From the IMG/VR virus record IMGVR_UViG_3300017988_000959, positions 1 through 38,407 of that record: a stretch of DNA of 38,407 nucleotides, one strand, 5' to 3'. The stretch comes from a virus. Lineage: Duplodnaviria > Caudoviricetes. Shown one piece after another: positions 1 through 8,923 of this stretch (positions are counted from its first letter, which is position 1; every line of letters begins with the position of its first letter). A model generated the notes under the pieces. That model saw nothing but the letters and a program-made list of their open reading frames with translations, was not told the DNA's origin and did not search any database. A program made the translations under genes and the position numbers.

Positions 1-1026
1 ATGAAGTACTGCAAGTTCCGCGATAAGGGGCGGAAGCACCGTTCCTGCAACTGTCCGATTGCGGTCGAGGGAACCCTGCGCGGCGAGATGATCCGTCAAT
101 CTCTCGATGTGCGTTCATGGGAGGCCGCGCAGAAAATCGTCCAAGAGTGGGAAGTCCACGGAAGAGACAAATCCGTCTCCATTCTGGATGCGTGCGACCG
201 CTTCATCTCCCAAAGCGAAGCAAATGGCCTTTCCGAAGATACCGTGAAAAAGTACAAGCTCTTGAAGCGGGAATTCGAAGCGTTCTTCGGGGATGTTCCG
301 CTGCGGTCTCTCTCGGTCGATTCCGTTTCACAGTTCCGTGAATCATGGAATATGTCGAACATCTCCGCACGAAAAAAGATCGAACGGCTCCGCTCGTTCT
401 TCAAGTTCTGCGTCGATCGGGAATGGATCGAAAAGAATCCGGCAAAGGGACTAAAACTGCCGAAAGAGGACAATCTCCCGACGCTTCCCTTTACATCAGA
501 GGAATGGGAAAAGATCAGATGGGCAGTTGACCTGTATCCCGATCGGCCGGAAGGAAGAAGGAAGCAAATCCTGGCTTTTCTACTTCTCCTCCGCTATACC
601 GGCCTGCGGATTCGGGATGTCACCTGCCTCCAACGGAATCGGATACAGGACAAAAAGATATTTCTCTACACGCAAAAGACGGGAGCGCCCGTTCTACTTC
701 CTCTCTCCGATGAAGTTCTCGGTGCCGTCTCGGATGTTTCGGGAACGGGAGAATATCTCTTCTGGTCGGGGAACGGAAATCCAAAATCATCCGTGGCAGA
801 CTGGCAAAGAAGCCTAAGAAAGCTGTTCGATGTTGCCGGAATTGAAAACGGTCATGCCCATCGGTTCAGGGACAGTTTTGCGGTCGAGCTTCTTCTGCAT
901 GGCATTTCCTTGGAGAATGTGGCGATCATTTTGGGAAACACCGCGCGAATCGTCGAAAAGCACTACGCCCCCTGGGTTCAGGCTCGGCAAGACGCTCTTG
1001 AAGCGGCCGTCAAAATGACATGGTGA
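1..1026 (+). CDS. int: Tyrosine recombinase / phage integrase (true start may lie upstream of the window)
   Basis: Catalytic motifs LRYTGLRIRD (R), TQKTG (K), HAHRFRDSF (HxxR), ILGNT, VEKHY (Y). N-terminal C-x-C-P-I-x-V-x-G arm-binding segment, then a SAM-like core-binding domain. Confidence 0.95.
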   Translation: MKYCKFRDKGRKHRSCNCPIAVEGTLRGEMIRQSLDVRSWEAAQKIVQEWEVHGRDKSVSILDACDRFISQSEANGLSEDTVKKYKLLKREFEAFFGDVPLRSLSVDSVSQFRESWNMSNISARKKIERLRSFFKFCVDREWIEKNPAKGLKLPKEDNLPTLPFTSEEWEKIRWAVDLYPDRPEGRRKQILAFLLLLRYTGLRIRDVTCLQRNRIQDKKIFLYTQKTGAPVLLPLSDEVLGAVSDVSGTGEYLFWSGNGNPKSSVADWQRSLRKLFDVAGIENGHAHRFRDSFAVELLLHGISLENVAIILGNTARIVEKHYAPWVQARQDALEAAVKMTW

Positions 1027-1035
1027 AGCAATAGC

Positions 1036-1596
1036 TCACACATCCGGATAAGAATGCTTGAGATGTTGTAAAACCTCCAGTTGCTCTTTTCGCGGAAGTT
1101 TTCTGATTCTGGCAAGAATGTTCTTAGCACTCTCAGTTGGAGCTTCAATGTTAGACCGCCCCTGATTGCAGTCAGAACAGAGGGTGCGAAGATTTTCATC
1201 TTCAGTAGCTCCATCCTGGCTATCCGGTTTTATATGGTCTACGTGCAGACGAACCTTACGGTTCGGATTGTATGTGCTTGGATCGGACGCCGTGGCTCCA
1301 CATAGTTGGCACGTATATCCATCTCTCTCTAAAATGCGATTCCGCTGCTTCGGCGATATTCCTTTGGTAGGAACCTTGCATTCGACAGATTCGAGCAGAT
1401 ACTCTCCCGGTTTCAGGTCTTCCCGATCCTTGTCGGTCCGTATTGCCATACCTTCTTTGTCCCGCAACTCTCGAACGCGGCGGGCGTAAGCCTTGATTTT
1501 TGCAACCTCGGCGATCTGGTATGTGGTGACAACTTTGCCTACGTTTTCAATCAGGAATGCTTTAATTCTCCCTCTGGCGGGGTCACCACGTGGCAT
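1036..1596 (-). CDS. HNH endonuclease, KpnI-like type II restriction enzyme candidate
   Basis: RDGYTCQLCG...LHVDHIKP...NLRTLCSDCN Zn-HNH core. The N-terminus FLIENVGKVVT...RRVRELRDKEG resembles R.KpnI as recalled. Last gene of an MTase-vsr operon. Confidence 0.75.
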   Translation of the reverse strand: MPRGDPARGRIKAFLIENVGKVVTTYQIAEVAKIKAYARRVRELRDKEGMAIRTDKDREDLKPGEYLLESVECKVPTKGISPKQRNRILERDGYTCQLCGATASDPSTYNPNRKVRLHVDHIKPDSQDGATEDENLRTLCSDCNQGRSNIEAPTESAKNILARIRKLPRKEQLEVLQHLKHSYPDV

Positions 1597-1997
1597 GGCA
1601 ATGCTCTCCTTAACCGGCGTTCCAAAGAGCGCAAGTCGTTGATTTCACATTGCCACAATACTACAACCTTCCAATGGGCTGAACAAAGTAGTTTATTTGC
1701 GTTCTTATCTCGTTGTTTATTTTTCGTAATTTTATTTTCCCAGAACGTGCGATTCTCTGCCGGCAGATGTCCCCGCTTGCACGTGTGACCATGCCAAAAG
1801 CATCCGTTGACGAATATCACGGTCCGATACTTCGGCAAAACTATATCGGGGCAACCCGGAAGATCCTTCCGATGCAGGCGGAAACGGTACCCTAGGCGGT
1901 GGAGTAAACTGCGAACCACGAGTTCGGGCTTCGTGTCTTTACTCCCAATCCGTGCCATGATGGCACTTCGCTTTTCGGGAGTGAATCGATCGGTCAC
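1551..1997 (-). CDS. vsr: Very short patch repair endonuclease
   Basis: DRFTPEKRSAIMARI, DTKPE, LPGCPDIV, FVNGCFWHGH, VLWQCE. The GTG start at 1997 overlaps the MTase stop (GTGA). Confidence 0.95.
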   Translation of the reverse strand: MTDRFTPEKRSAIMARIGSKDTKPELVVRSLLHRLGYRFRLHRKDLPGCPDIVLPKYRTVIFVNGCFWHGHTCKRGHLPAENRTFWENKITKNKQRDKNANKLLCSAHWKVVVLWQCEINDLRSLERRLRRALPCHVVTPPEGELKHS

Positions 1998-3097
1998 TTT
2001 TTCCGCTTCAGCAACTCCTCCACGCAACCAGCGACGACAGAAGCCAAGCGCGGAGGAACCGCATTACCTATTTGTTTTGCGATCTCAATTTTCGTTCCCT
2101 TGAATACGAATGCGTCGGGAAAAGTCTGAAAGCGGGCCGCCTCTCGATGCGTAATCGGACGATTCTGCTTCGGATGGAGGTATCGCCCCTTTTCCGGCTT
2201 GAAGAACTCGGTACGGATCGTGAACGCCGGACGGTCCCACCAAAGCCGCCCAAACAGATCAGTTCCACCGGACGTTTTTTTAATCCAACAACGCGGCGTG
2301 AGTTCAGGCGCAACCTGTTGCAGGGTAAAACGATTCATGCCTTCTTCGGGAATTGCCCGATAACGCTTCATGCTCATCGCGGTTGGGTTTCGGCCAAAAT
2401 GCAGATTGAGAGGCGGTTTCACGTTCTCGTGAATTTCGGTCCCCACGGGCGACGGTAATTTGCCAATAGCGTCCCTGACCGTTAGCCAAGGCTTTGCGCC
2501 GTGGATGTAGCCCTCCGCGTCAGGTTTATATCCATTCTTCGGGTTGTAGTTTGTCTTCTTGGGCGGGAACACCTCTTGGGGGTCCATAAATTTGCAGCCG
2601 ATGATGAATGCGCGGGTGCGGACCTGCGGGACGCCGAAATCTGCGGCAAGGAGCTTCGCCGCATGAACAGTAAAGCCCAAACCGGTGGCGGCATCCTTGA
2701 TGTCGTTGAACTCCTCGGAATCCAGCAACTGTGGAACGTTCTCCATCACAAAGATTTCCGCTCCCGATCGACGCAAAACCTCCATGTACGGAATCCAGAG
2801 TCGCTTACGCGGATCTTCCGAGCGATTTTTATTCAGCAAACTGAATCCCTGACACGGTGGGCCTCCGATAACGACCTCAGCCGCCGGTATTTTAATTTTC
2901 GGGTCTTCGAGAAGGTCCACAATGTCGCCGGGGTGACAGTGCTCTCCAAAGTTCGCGTTGTACGTTTCTGCGGCAAACTTGTTGAAATCATTAGCCCAGA
3001 CTGGCTTGAACTTGTGGCCGAATTCCTTTGTAAACCCGAGCGTCAAACCTCCGGCCCCACAAAACAAGTCGATCAGATTGTGCCGAGAAGATGCCAT
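1994..3097 (-). CDS. DNA (cytosine-5)-methyltransferase (alternative start at 3136)
   Basis: Motifs I DLFCGAGG, IV GGPPCQGFS, VI MENV, VIII QVRTR, IX REAARFQTFP and X QIGNAVPP. Confidence 0.97.
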   Translation of the reverse strand: MASSRHNLIDLFCGAGGLTLGFTKEFGHKFKPVWANDFNKFAAETYNANFGEHCHPGDIVDLLEDPKIKIPAAEVVIGGPPCQGFSLLNKNRSEDPRKRLWIPYMEVLRRSGAEIFVMENVPQLLDSEEFNDIKDAATGLGFTVHAAKLLAADFGVPQVRTRAFIIGCKFMDPQEVFPPKKTNYNPKNGYKPDAEGYIHGAKPWLTVRDAIGKLPSPVGTEIHENVKPPLNLHFGRNPTAMSMKRYRAIPEEGMNRFTLQQVAPELTPRCWIKKTSGGTDLFGRLWWDRPAFTIRTEFFKPEKGRYLHPKQNRPITHREAARFQTFPDAFVFKGTKIEIAKQIGNAVPPRLASVVAGCVEELLKRKK

Positions 3098-3132
3098 CGT
3101 GATAGATATTCCTGGACCGGGGATCGTACAGC

Positions 3133-3384
3133 TCATTCAAATTTTACAGCCTTTGCCATCTGTCTTGTTTTCCACAAGAACAGAGAGACGGGGTTCCTTA
3201 CCCCTGGCTGCCTGCTCGATTTCCACGCCTCGAACGTTGCCTGCCAGCCGGTTCGCTGGATGATCGCCATGATCCGGGGAAACGGAATCTTGCGCCCGAA
3301 CGATTCATAGATTTCGGTTGCAAGTCCCTGTTCTCTCGTTTGCGGAAAAATTTTGAAACGAGAAAGATATTCCTGTTTTTTCAT
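3133..3384 (-). CDS. Hypothetical protein (83 aa)
   Basis: ATG at 3384 (MKKQEYL) just after the upstream stop. Its stop overlaps an in-frame MTase ATG. Confidence 0.6.
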   Translation of the reverse strand: MKKQEYLSRFKIFPQTREQGLATEIYESFGRKIPFPRIMAIIQRTGWQATFEAWKSSRQPGVRNPVSLFLWKTRQMAKAVKFE

Positions 3385-3392
3385 TGCAAAAT

Positions 3393-3926
3393 TTAGCGGT
3401 TTAGTTTGTTTTGGAGAAATTCTCGCTCTTTTCGTTGGACATCGAACACAGATTCCCAATGGAGCTGTCGTTTTACTTTGGCATGAAGATTTCCGAACGC
3501 CATTTTGTTCGGTCGATAATCCCAAAACTCTTTGAGAAGATCTCTCGGAATTTGTCCCATTGAATCAGCGAGAGAATGGAATCCATTTAAGTGAAGGTGG
3601 TTTTTAATCTCTTCGAACAATTTTCTCTTCTTACCGATGATCTGATAGATGTTTGCTACTGAGAATAGCTGAATTCCATTTTCGGCGCATTTCTCTTTTT
3701 TCCAGTCGTCTCGCTCGCGCGTCTGTTTTAACTTATGGGAAATGCCATTCACTTCAACTGCAAACCCTAAGTCTTTGTACCAAATATCCAGCTCGCAATT
3801 GCGTCCTGTTTTTTCGTTTTTTAAAAAGCTTGGACGCTCATTATAAAGAACCTCGAAAGATGGGAAATAATAATTCAGATATTTTCGAACTAAGATTTCA
3901 AATTTCGATGTTTTTAAATCTTTCAT
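3393..3926 (-). CDS. PD-(D/E)xK nuclease, DUF559/Vsr-like
   Basis: CELDIWYKDLGFAVEVNGISH...ERDDWKKEKCAENGIQLFSV pattern. Markedly AT-rich. Confidence 0.7.
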   Translation of the reverse strand: MKDLKTSKFEILVRKYLNYYFPSFEVLYNERPSFLKNEKTGRNCELDIWYKDLGFAVEVNGISHKLKQTRERDDWKKEKCAENGIQLFSVANIYQIIGKKRKLFEEIKNHLHLNGFHSLADSMGQIPRDLLKEFWDYRPNKMAFGNLHAKVKRQLHWESVFDVQRKEREFLQNKLNR

Positions 3927-4150
3927 ATTTCTTTCTTAAATACTTTTATGTTCGGGTGGATACGCGACTTCCCCGCCGTAGTTCTTTTTCAAGAATTTTC
4001 GGACGGCGAAGTCGCAATTACTTCCATGTTCGGTCTGGACATTTGCGATGGAATCACTTAAACCCTTGCGGGCCGGAACACGGGGAAATCGTAAGAAGCC
4101 GTGTGTCTCTTTTAATTCGCCGATTCCAGTTTCCCTTCCAGCGAATGTAC

Positions 4151-4212
4151 AAAACAAAAATCCCGCTCGTGGTGCGGGCGGGGTTTTTATCCGCGAGACG
4201 CACCACATCTCG
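4151..4212 (-). terminator. Terminator/attenuator-like hairpin pair in the leader of the nuclease-RM operon
   Basis: The minus strand reads CGAGATG-TGGTG-CGTCTCG, then CCCGCCCG-CACCA-CGAGCGGG followed by ATTTTTGTTTT. Confidence 0.55.
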
Positions 4213-4231
4213 TGTCTAACAAATTCACAGT

Positions 4232-4271
4232 AACGTATTCACGGAAAGCTGCAAGTCAAAACTGTGCATAA
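4232..4271 (-). promoter_or_regulatory. DnaA-box-like site (4263-4271) plus sigma70-like promoter
   Basis: TTATGCACA followed by TTGACT-16 nt-TACGTT on the minus strand. Confidence 0.5.
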
Positions 4272-4275
4272 CTTT

Positions 4276-4749
4276 TTAAGCCGGAGACTGTTCGTGTGGA
4301 AAGAATTGCCGGCGATATTTCCAGCTCGACCATTGGTCATACTCGCCTTTTCTTAGCAAGCCGAGCGAGAAATGCGTCGAACATTTCAGATCCATGGCAC
4401 ACGACGGGCTTACTTCGGGGTGATAGATCATGCTTATCTGCCACGGGCCGAGACTTCTTCCGCCGTCGCCGATGAGAAGTTGTCCGTACTGGCTTTCGTG
4501 TTTGACTATCCATTGCGAGCGTTTGACATTGACGTTTGCGGCCTTTGCCTGCTCCGTGATGTAGTTTTTGACGCAAGCGGGGTCATATGCTATGTCCGTT
4601 TGCGTGGAAGTGCTGTTTTTGGCGCACAGCTTCGCCGTAGAAGGGCTTTTATGGCTGGATGGTGTAGTTCTCCATTTGGAGAGACTAAGCCCCGTACAGA
4701 GGCATATAAGAGCAAAAATGACGACACAGAAGATACATAGCTTTTTCAC
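4276..4749 (-). CDS. Membrane-anchored lysozyme-like / lytic transglycosylase
   Basis: Hydrophobic N-terminus, WIVKHESQY (catalytic Glu-Ser), SLGPWQI, and QWSSW. Confidence 0.7.
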   Translation of the reverse strand: MKKLCIFCVVIFALICLCTGLSLSKWRTTPSSHKSPSTAKLCAKNSTSTQTDIAYDPACVKNYITEQAKAANVNVKRSQWIVKHESQYGQLLIGDGGRSLGPWQISMIYHPEVSPSCAMDLKCSTHFSLGLLRKGEYDQWSSWKYRRQFFPHEQSPA

Positions 4750-4821
4750 GTGTAGTGCTCGTAGATCGCATATTCCGAGCCGCCCGAAGGGGCAATAGAT
4801 TTTGGTTTATTCGACTTAAGG

Positions 4822-5041
4822 CATCGCGCACTGATGACGGGGAGGTGGTCAGGGAAATCCTTTCTGCAGTAGGTATCCCAAAGAGAGCCGAAGCCCTCAC
4901 CATCCCCCTCAGCAATGAACGATGAAAACGTGGGCAGGCGCGGAAAGTAATAAATTGGCCGGAAGGTAGAAAATGGAGGAGTTTACGAGGGGTGGGTTGA
5001 ACTCCCAAAGACCTGCGAGATTTCCGGTGCCGCTCCTGCCC
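4822..5041 (-). ncRNA. Two-domain structured leader or ncRNA candidate
   Basis: Rod GGGCAGGAGCGG/CCGCGCCTGCCC with nested CCGGAA/TTCCGG and GGAGTT/AACTCC. Second long stem at 4822-4924 with a CUUCGG hairpin. Confidence 0.4.
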
Positions 5042-5054
5042 TGCTCGCAATTTA

Positions 5055-5099
5055 AGTATGGAGCATCCTCGGTGGGGTGCAAGGGCTGCCTGTGCAAAA
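5055..5099 (-). promoter_or_regulatory. DnaA-box-like site (5091-5099) plus promoter
   Basis: TTTTGCACA, then TTGCAC-16 nt-CATACT. Confidence 0.45.
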
Positions 5100-5116
5100 C
5101 AAAATCCCGCCATATT

Positions 5117-5317
5117 TCAGGCGGGATGTAAAGGAACTGTTGATTGACAACGCTCGCGCATTTCCTGAAGCTTCATCTTCAGGCATGGCCTTTCGAGCGT
5201 GTTGTGGAAGTCGAAGTTGTGAAGGCGTCCGTGTACCCCGATCTTGAGGGCGAGCCCTTCATCGGGGAATATCGCAAGGCCGCAGTAGTCGCAAAAGACG
5301 ATTCCCTCAATGAGCAT
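5117..5317 (-). CDS. Small Zn-finger-like hypothetical protein
   Basis: SD AAGGAG before the ATG at 5317. FCDYC...FH...C motif. Confidence 0.6.
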   Translation of the reverse strand: MLIEGIVFCDYCGLAIFPDEGLALKIGVHGRLHNFDFHNTLERPCLKMKLQEMRERCQSTVPLHPA

Positions 5318-5328
5318 GGCGTCTCCTT

Positions 5329-5526
5329 TCAGAATTTCGGCCACCAATCCCGCTTCAGAATCTCGATGCACTGTTCCAAGCTGGCGGAGTTTCCGAATAT
5401 GCGGTGGTATGCCCGATGGTCTTTCCGATTTACGCGGATTTTTATGGGCGTTGTTATGGCGGGATGACGCGGCGGGACATGATGCCAGTCCCGCCGGTTG
5501 ACGAGTCGAAGTGCGCGGGATCCCAT
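5329..5526 (-). CDS. Small HNH-like protein
   Basis: SD GGAGG. DWHHVPPR...HRAYHRIFGN His pattern. Confidence 0.6.
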   Translation of the reverse strand: MGSRALRLVNRRDWHHVPPRHPAITTPIKIRVNRKDHRAYHRIFGNSASLEQCIEILKRDWWPKF

Positions 5527-5536
5527 GTGCACCTCC

Positions 5537-6292
5537 CTACTGGATGAACTGTCCGAGTGAAGCCGTAGCGCGGAATTGTGGGATGGGTTCGAGCTGCTTG
5601 AACGCGCTGGTAAAGGCGTTCTGTAAGCTCCAAACCGTACGCGGCTCGAATTCGGGATACGTCGGCTCGAAGTAGTGCTGGCCGACGACCTTCATCAGGT
5701 GCTTCGGAGCGTCCACCTTGTCGAGCACGAACGCGTCGTAGATGAGGGCCTTCGCCTGGTCATCGGTGAGCTGGGATTCTTTCCAGCGGTCAACGGCCGC
5801 GGTGAGCGGTTCGAAGTTCCGTTGTATCCGGTCAATGCCCACGGCGATCTTGTCGATGATGCTGTCGCCGAGGTTCTTCGTGTGCTTCGCCAGAATGGCC
5901 TGGAACTCCCCGTTAAAGGCCATGTTGTCACACACGAATATCCTCATACCGGCGACGAGGCCAAGAGCCATGCTCTTGTTGTTTGCGTTCCGGATGCCGA
6001 TAGCGAACCGAAAATCGTTCGCCGCGGTGGTGAGTTCAGCGATGCCGAACATCCTCATGCCGTCGTCCGTGACCGCGTATTCTTCGCGGAGAATGGAGAG
6101 CTGGCGGCGGGCAAGGGCTTCGGTAAGCTGGTTGACAAGTTCGATGTGAGGAAAGGGCTTGAACGTGGCGGTCGGTTCGGGACACGGCACGAGAGCCAAT
6201 TCCTCCCTGGTGAGCTTCTGCGCTCCGGCGTGGGCCATGAGCGTAAGTTCGGGTGATGCGGGTAGAGCGGGAGCAAGGATTTCCGCTTCCAT
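5537..6292 (-). CDS. DUF932-family protein
   Basis: PEPTATFKPFPHIEL, IGIRNANNKSM, GMRIFVCDNMAF, KHTK, TVWSLQNAFT. SD AAGGAGG. Confidence 0.85.
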   Translation of the reverse strand: MEAEILAPALPASPELTLMAHAGAQKLTREELALVPCPEPTATFKPFPHIELVNQLTEALARRQLSILREEYAVTDDGMRMFGIAELTTAANDFRFAIGIRNANNKSMALGLVAGMRIFVCDNMAFNGEFQAILAKHTKNLGDSIIDKIAVGIDRIQRNFEPLTAAVDRWKESQLTDDQAKALIYDAFVLDKVDAPKHLMKVVGQHYFEPTYPEFEPRTVWSLQNAFTSAFKQLEPIPQFRATASLGQFIQ

Positions 6293-6389
6293 GACAAACC
6301 TCCTTGTGAAAGAACAGATTGGGGTCGGAACCCCGCGCTGGGCATGAGGAAAAGGTCGAACTAAACCTCACATCCAGCGCGGGAATCCG

Positions 6390-6554
6390 TCATTTATCGA
6401 GGAGCGTTGCGTCCTTGAATCCCTTGAAATAAACCGCTTCGTAGAACTCGTCTAAGCACTCATCGAGCGCAACAAGGTCGATGGATTCACCTTGCGTAAG
6501 CGCACGGATCTTCTCTTTAAGTTCGGCAAGGAGTTGCTCCTTTTCCGGTGTCAT
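6390..6554 (-). CDS. Hypothetical protein (54 aa)
   Basis: ATG at 6554 (MTPEKEQLL) directly after the upstream stop, with a purine-rich RBS. Confidence 0.55.
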   Translation of the reverse strand: MTPEKEQLLAELKEKIRALTQGESIDLVALDECLDEFYEAVYFKGFKDATLLDK

Positions 6555-6567
6555 AGGTTGTCCCTTT

Positions 6568-7341
6568 TCATTTGTTGATGCCGTAGAATTTGCCTTCCGG
6601 ACTGATGAAGGTTCCGTTCTTCGCCGAGACAACGGGGATAACGCTGAACGCATCGTCCGTCCAGTAATAGACAGCAAATCCATTGATCCATCGAGTCGGC
6701 TGGCCTTTCGACCAATCCGGCTTCGTGTCTGCAAGGCAGGGGATGATGTACGCGGTATGCGTTTCGTCGATTCCCTGCGGGCTGATCTTCGTGTACGCCT
6801 GAAGCGTGTGGTAGTGGCCTACCACGATATTCCGGTTGTAGATTTCAACGATCTTCTTGGCGACGTTCACGGGGGTATAAGAACCTTTCTGAATGTCACC
6901 GTGAATGAAAACGACCTTGCCGAGCTTCAGAAAATCCCGATACCAAATGGTCTTGATGTTCAGTTCGGTGAAAGGGAGGTTGTAGGCGACTTCGATCAGA
7001 CCTTCGATACCTGGAACCTTGTCCACGAGCCGGTCGGCCCATTCTTCATGGTTACCCATGAAGTAGTACATCTGGCACTTCTTCCCGACGATCTTCCGGT
7101 GCCTGCGGAGTACGTTCGAGAACTCCTCATAGCTTTGCTTTAGACGCTTCTTTTCAAGATCGCGCAGGTCCTGTGCTTCCATGGCGTGATGCGAGATCGC
7201 ATCCATATCGAGCATGTCGCCGAGGTAGATAACGGCGTACCATATGCGGGACGCCATGTACCGCTCGACGTTGTAAAGAAGCACAGGATTGATGTTCGGC
7301 CATTGGAGATCGGCGAGAATGAGGACAGGTTTTGTTTCCAT
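6568..7341 (-). CDS. Calcineurin-like metallophosphoesterase
   Basis: ADLQ, GDMLD, GNHE, HGD and GHYH motifs. Confidence 0.9.
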   Translation of the reverse strand: METKPVLILADLQWPNINPVLLYNVERYMASRIWYAVIYLGDMLDMDAISHHAMEAQDLRDLEKKRLKQSYEEFSNVLRRHRKIVGKKCQMYYFMGNHEEWADRLVDKVPGIEGLIEVAYNLPFTELNIKTIWYRDFLKLGKVVFIHGDIQKGSYTPVNVAKKIVEIYNRNIVVGHYHTLQAYTKISPQGIDETHTAYIIPCLADTKPDWSKGQPTRWINGFAVYYWTDDAFSVIPVVSAKNGTFISPEGKFYGINK

Positions 7342-7551
7342 TTACCAGAGATGGTTTGCCGTGAGAAAGGCTACGAGAATGAGAAGCCCGATGAGCCACA
7401 CGATGGGCGGCAGGTAGGCGCAAATAGCAATGACGATGAGGGCAACGATCGCCACCATCGGATAGGCCACGATGAAGTGGACGATCAGCCCTGAAAAGGC
7501 CGTTATCCAATTTGCGACATCATTTACATTGAATGGCGGTTGGGGAGTCAT
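7342..7551 (-). CDS. Small multi-TM membrane protein (possible lysis accessory)
   Basis: Start MTPQPPFN at 7551. The C-terminal two-thirds are almost entirely hydrophobic. Confidence 0.6.
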   Translation of the reverse strand: MTPQPPFNVNDVANWITAFSGLIVHFIVAYPMVAIVALIVIAICAYLPPIVWLIGLLILVAFLTANHLW

Positions 7552-7568
7552 GTTGCAAGGTTGCGAAA

Positions 7569-7892
7569 CTAATTTGATGTTGCGACTGGCGTGCTTGGAG
7601 TGCTCGGCTTTGCATTGATCGTGAGGTAGACCTTCCGAATCGCGCCATACAATGCTGTCACTGCGGCGACAAGCGTCAGTGTGGCCTGTACCGCACCGGC
7701 AACGCAATCGCCGAGGTTGTTGAGCGTGAACGACGGATGAATACCGAACGTGGGCAAGAGAGCGAAAACGCTCTCGATCACACCGAGCGAAAAGAACCCC
7801 TGCACCGTGAGAGCGACTTGGGACGGATCCTGGCTGGAGGTCACGATCCAGTTCCAAAACTTGCTCGATGCCTGAAAGATTTTCTGTTCCAT
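7569..7892 (-). CDS. Putative holin
   Basis: 107 aa with two hydrophobic segments, directly downstream of the endolysin. Confidence 0.6.
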   Translation of the reverse strand: MEQKIFQASSKFWNWIVTSSQDPSQVALTVQGFFSLGVIESVFALLPTFGIHPSFTLNNLGDCVAGAVQATLTLVAAVTALYGAIRKVYLTINAKPSTPSTPVATSN

Positions 7893-7906
7893 GTTTATTT
7901 TGATTG

Positions 7907-8914
7907 TTATGAGTTGGCGACCTTTTTCATAAGATCCAGTTCGTCTTCTAAAAGTGCGAGAATCGCCTGCGGGGTATTCAGATTATTTCCGTCGTACACC
8001 GCCGTCAGATCGGCAAGCGCGTTCGCGGCATATCCGCTGTGCGTGATGAGATAGGCGTGGAGCGTATCGTTCTGTCTCGTAATGCCGAACAGGGAATGGA
8101 TCAGCTCATGGAATATGACCCGTGCCAAGTCTTCATAGAACATAGGACCCTGGAACATAGCCGTCGCAACGGTCGAGTAGGGGTCTTGCGTGATTGCCGC
8201 GCCACTGAACTCGCATCCGCCGTACGGCGTCGGATGTCCCTGCATGATCGCACCGTCATAGACAAGGATGTTGAGAACCTGCCCCTGATTGTAGGCAGAG
8301 AGAATGTTCTGCGCCGCGGCTGCGGAAATGCCGGAATAGGTGCCAGCCGGGTTCGTGTTCTGAACGGTCGTGATGTCGCCGGAAAGATCGGCCGCGGCAT
8401 AGCGTACCGTCGGAATATAGCCAGGCATAAATGAGGCAAGGAGGTCGAGCGATGATTGAATCGTATTCCAGCTTGCCATATCAACGAGATTGTTGATGAC
8501 AATCAGCACCGTCGGCTGATTACAGCTTTTTATGAACGCATCGATGGAATCGTTCGCGCCGATCTTGATGTTCCGTGCGGAAAGCCCGTTCACAACGCAC
8601 GTAATGTACGCTTCAGTATTGTTCTCTGTCGGCGGAGCGTATTTCGAGATGAGCTTCGACAGCGTGTCGTAGCGGGTCAGGTCGAGATTGAGCTGGTTCA
8701 ATTGCGCCTGTTTTCCGTCGCGGAATGTGTCAAATACCGCAAAGGCGCTCGTTGCGCTCTTCGTAGCTCCGCTCTGGTTTGCAAACTTCAAGTTGCCCGG
8801 ATTATTGTTCCGAATTGAAGCTGTTTCGGTCCAGACGCCATTGTCATAGATACCGAACCCTTCATGCTTCTGCATCACGTCCGCAAGCACATGCACAAAA
8901 TCGTTCTTGTTCAT
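7907..8914 (-). CDS. Putative endolysin: RNNNPGNL lysozyme-like domain plus C-terminal HExxH metallopeptidase-like domain
   Basis: KHEG...SIRNNNPGNL...FAVF...KYAPPTENNTEAY, and IFHELIHSLF. Confidence 0.7.
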   Translation of the reverse strand: MNKNDFVHVLADVMQKHEGFGIYDNGVWTETASIRNNNPGNLKFANQSGATKSATSAFAVFDTFRDGKQAQLNQLNLDLTRYDTLSKLISKYAPPTENNTEAYITCVVNGLSARNIKIGANDSIDAFIKSCNQPTVLIVINNLVDMASWNTIQSSLDLLASFMPGYIPTVRYAAADLSGDITTVQNTNPAGTYSGISAAAAQNILSAYNQGQVLNILVYDGAIMQGHPTPYGGCEFSGAAITQDPYSTVATAMFQGPMFYEDLARVIFHELIHSLFGITRQNDTLHAYLITHSGYAANALADLTAVYDGNNLNTPQAILALLEDELDLMKKVANS

Positions 8915-8923
8915 ATTTTTATT

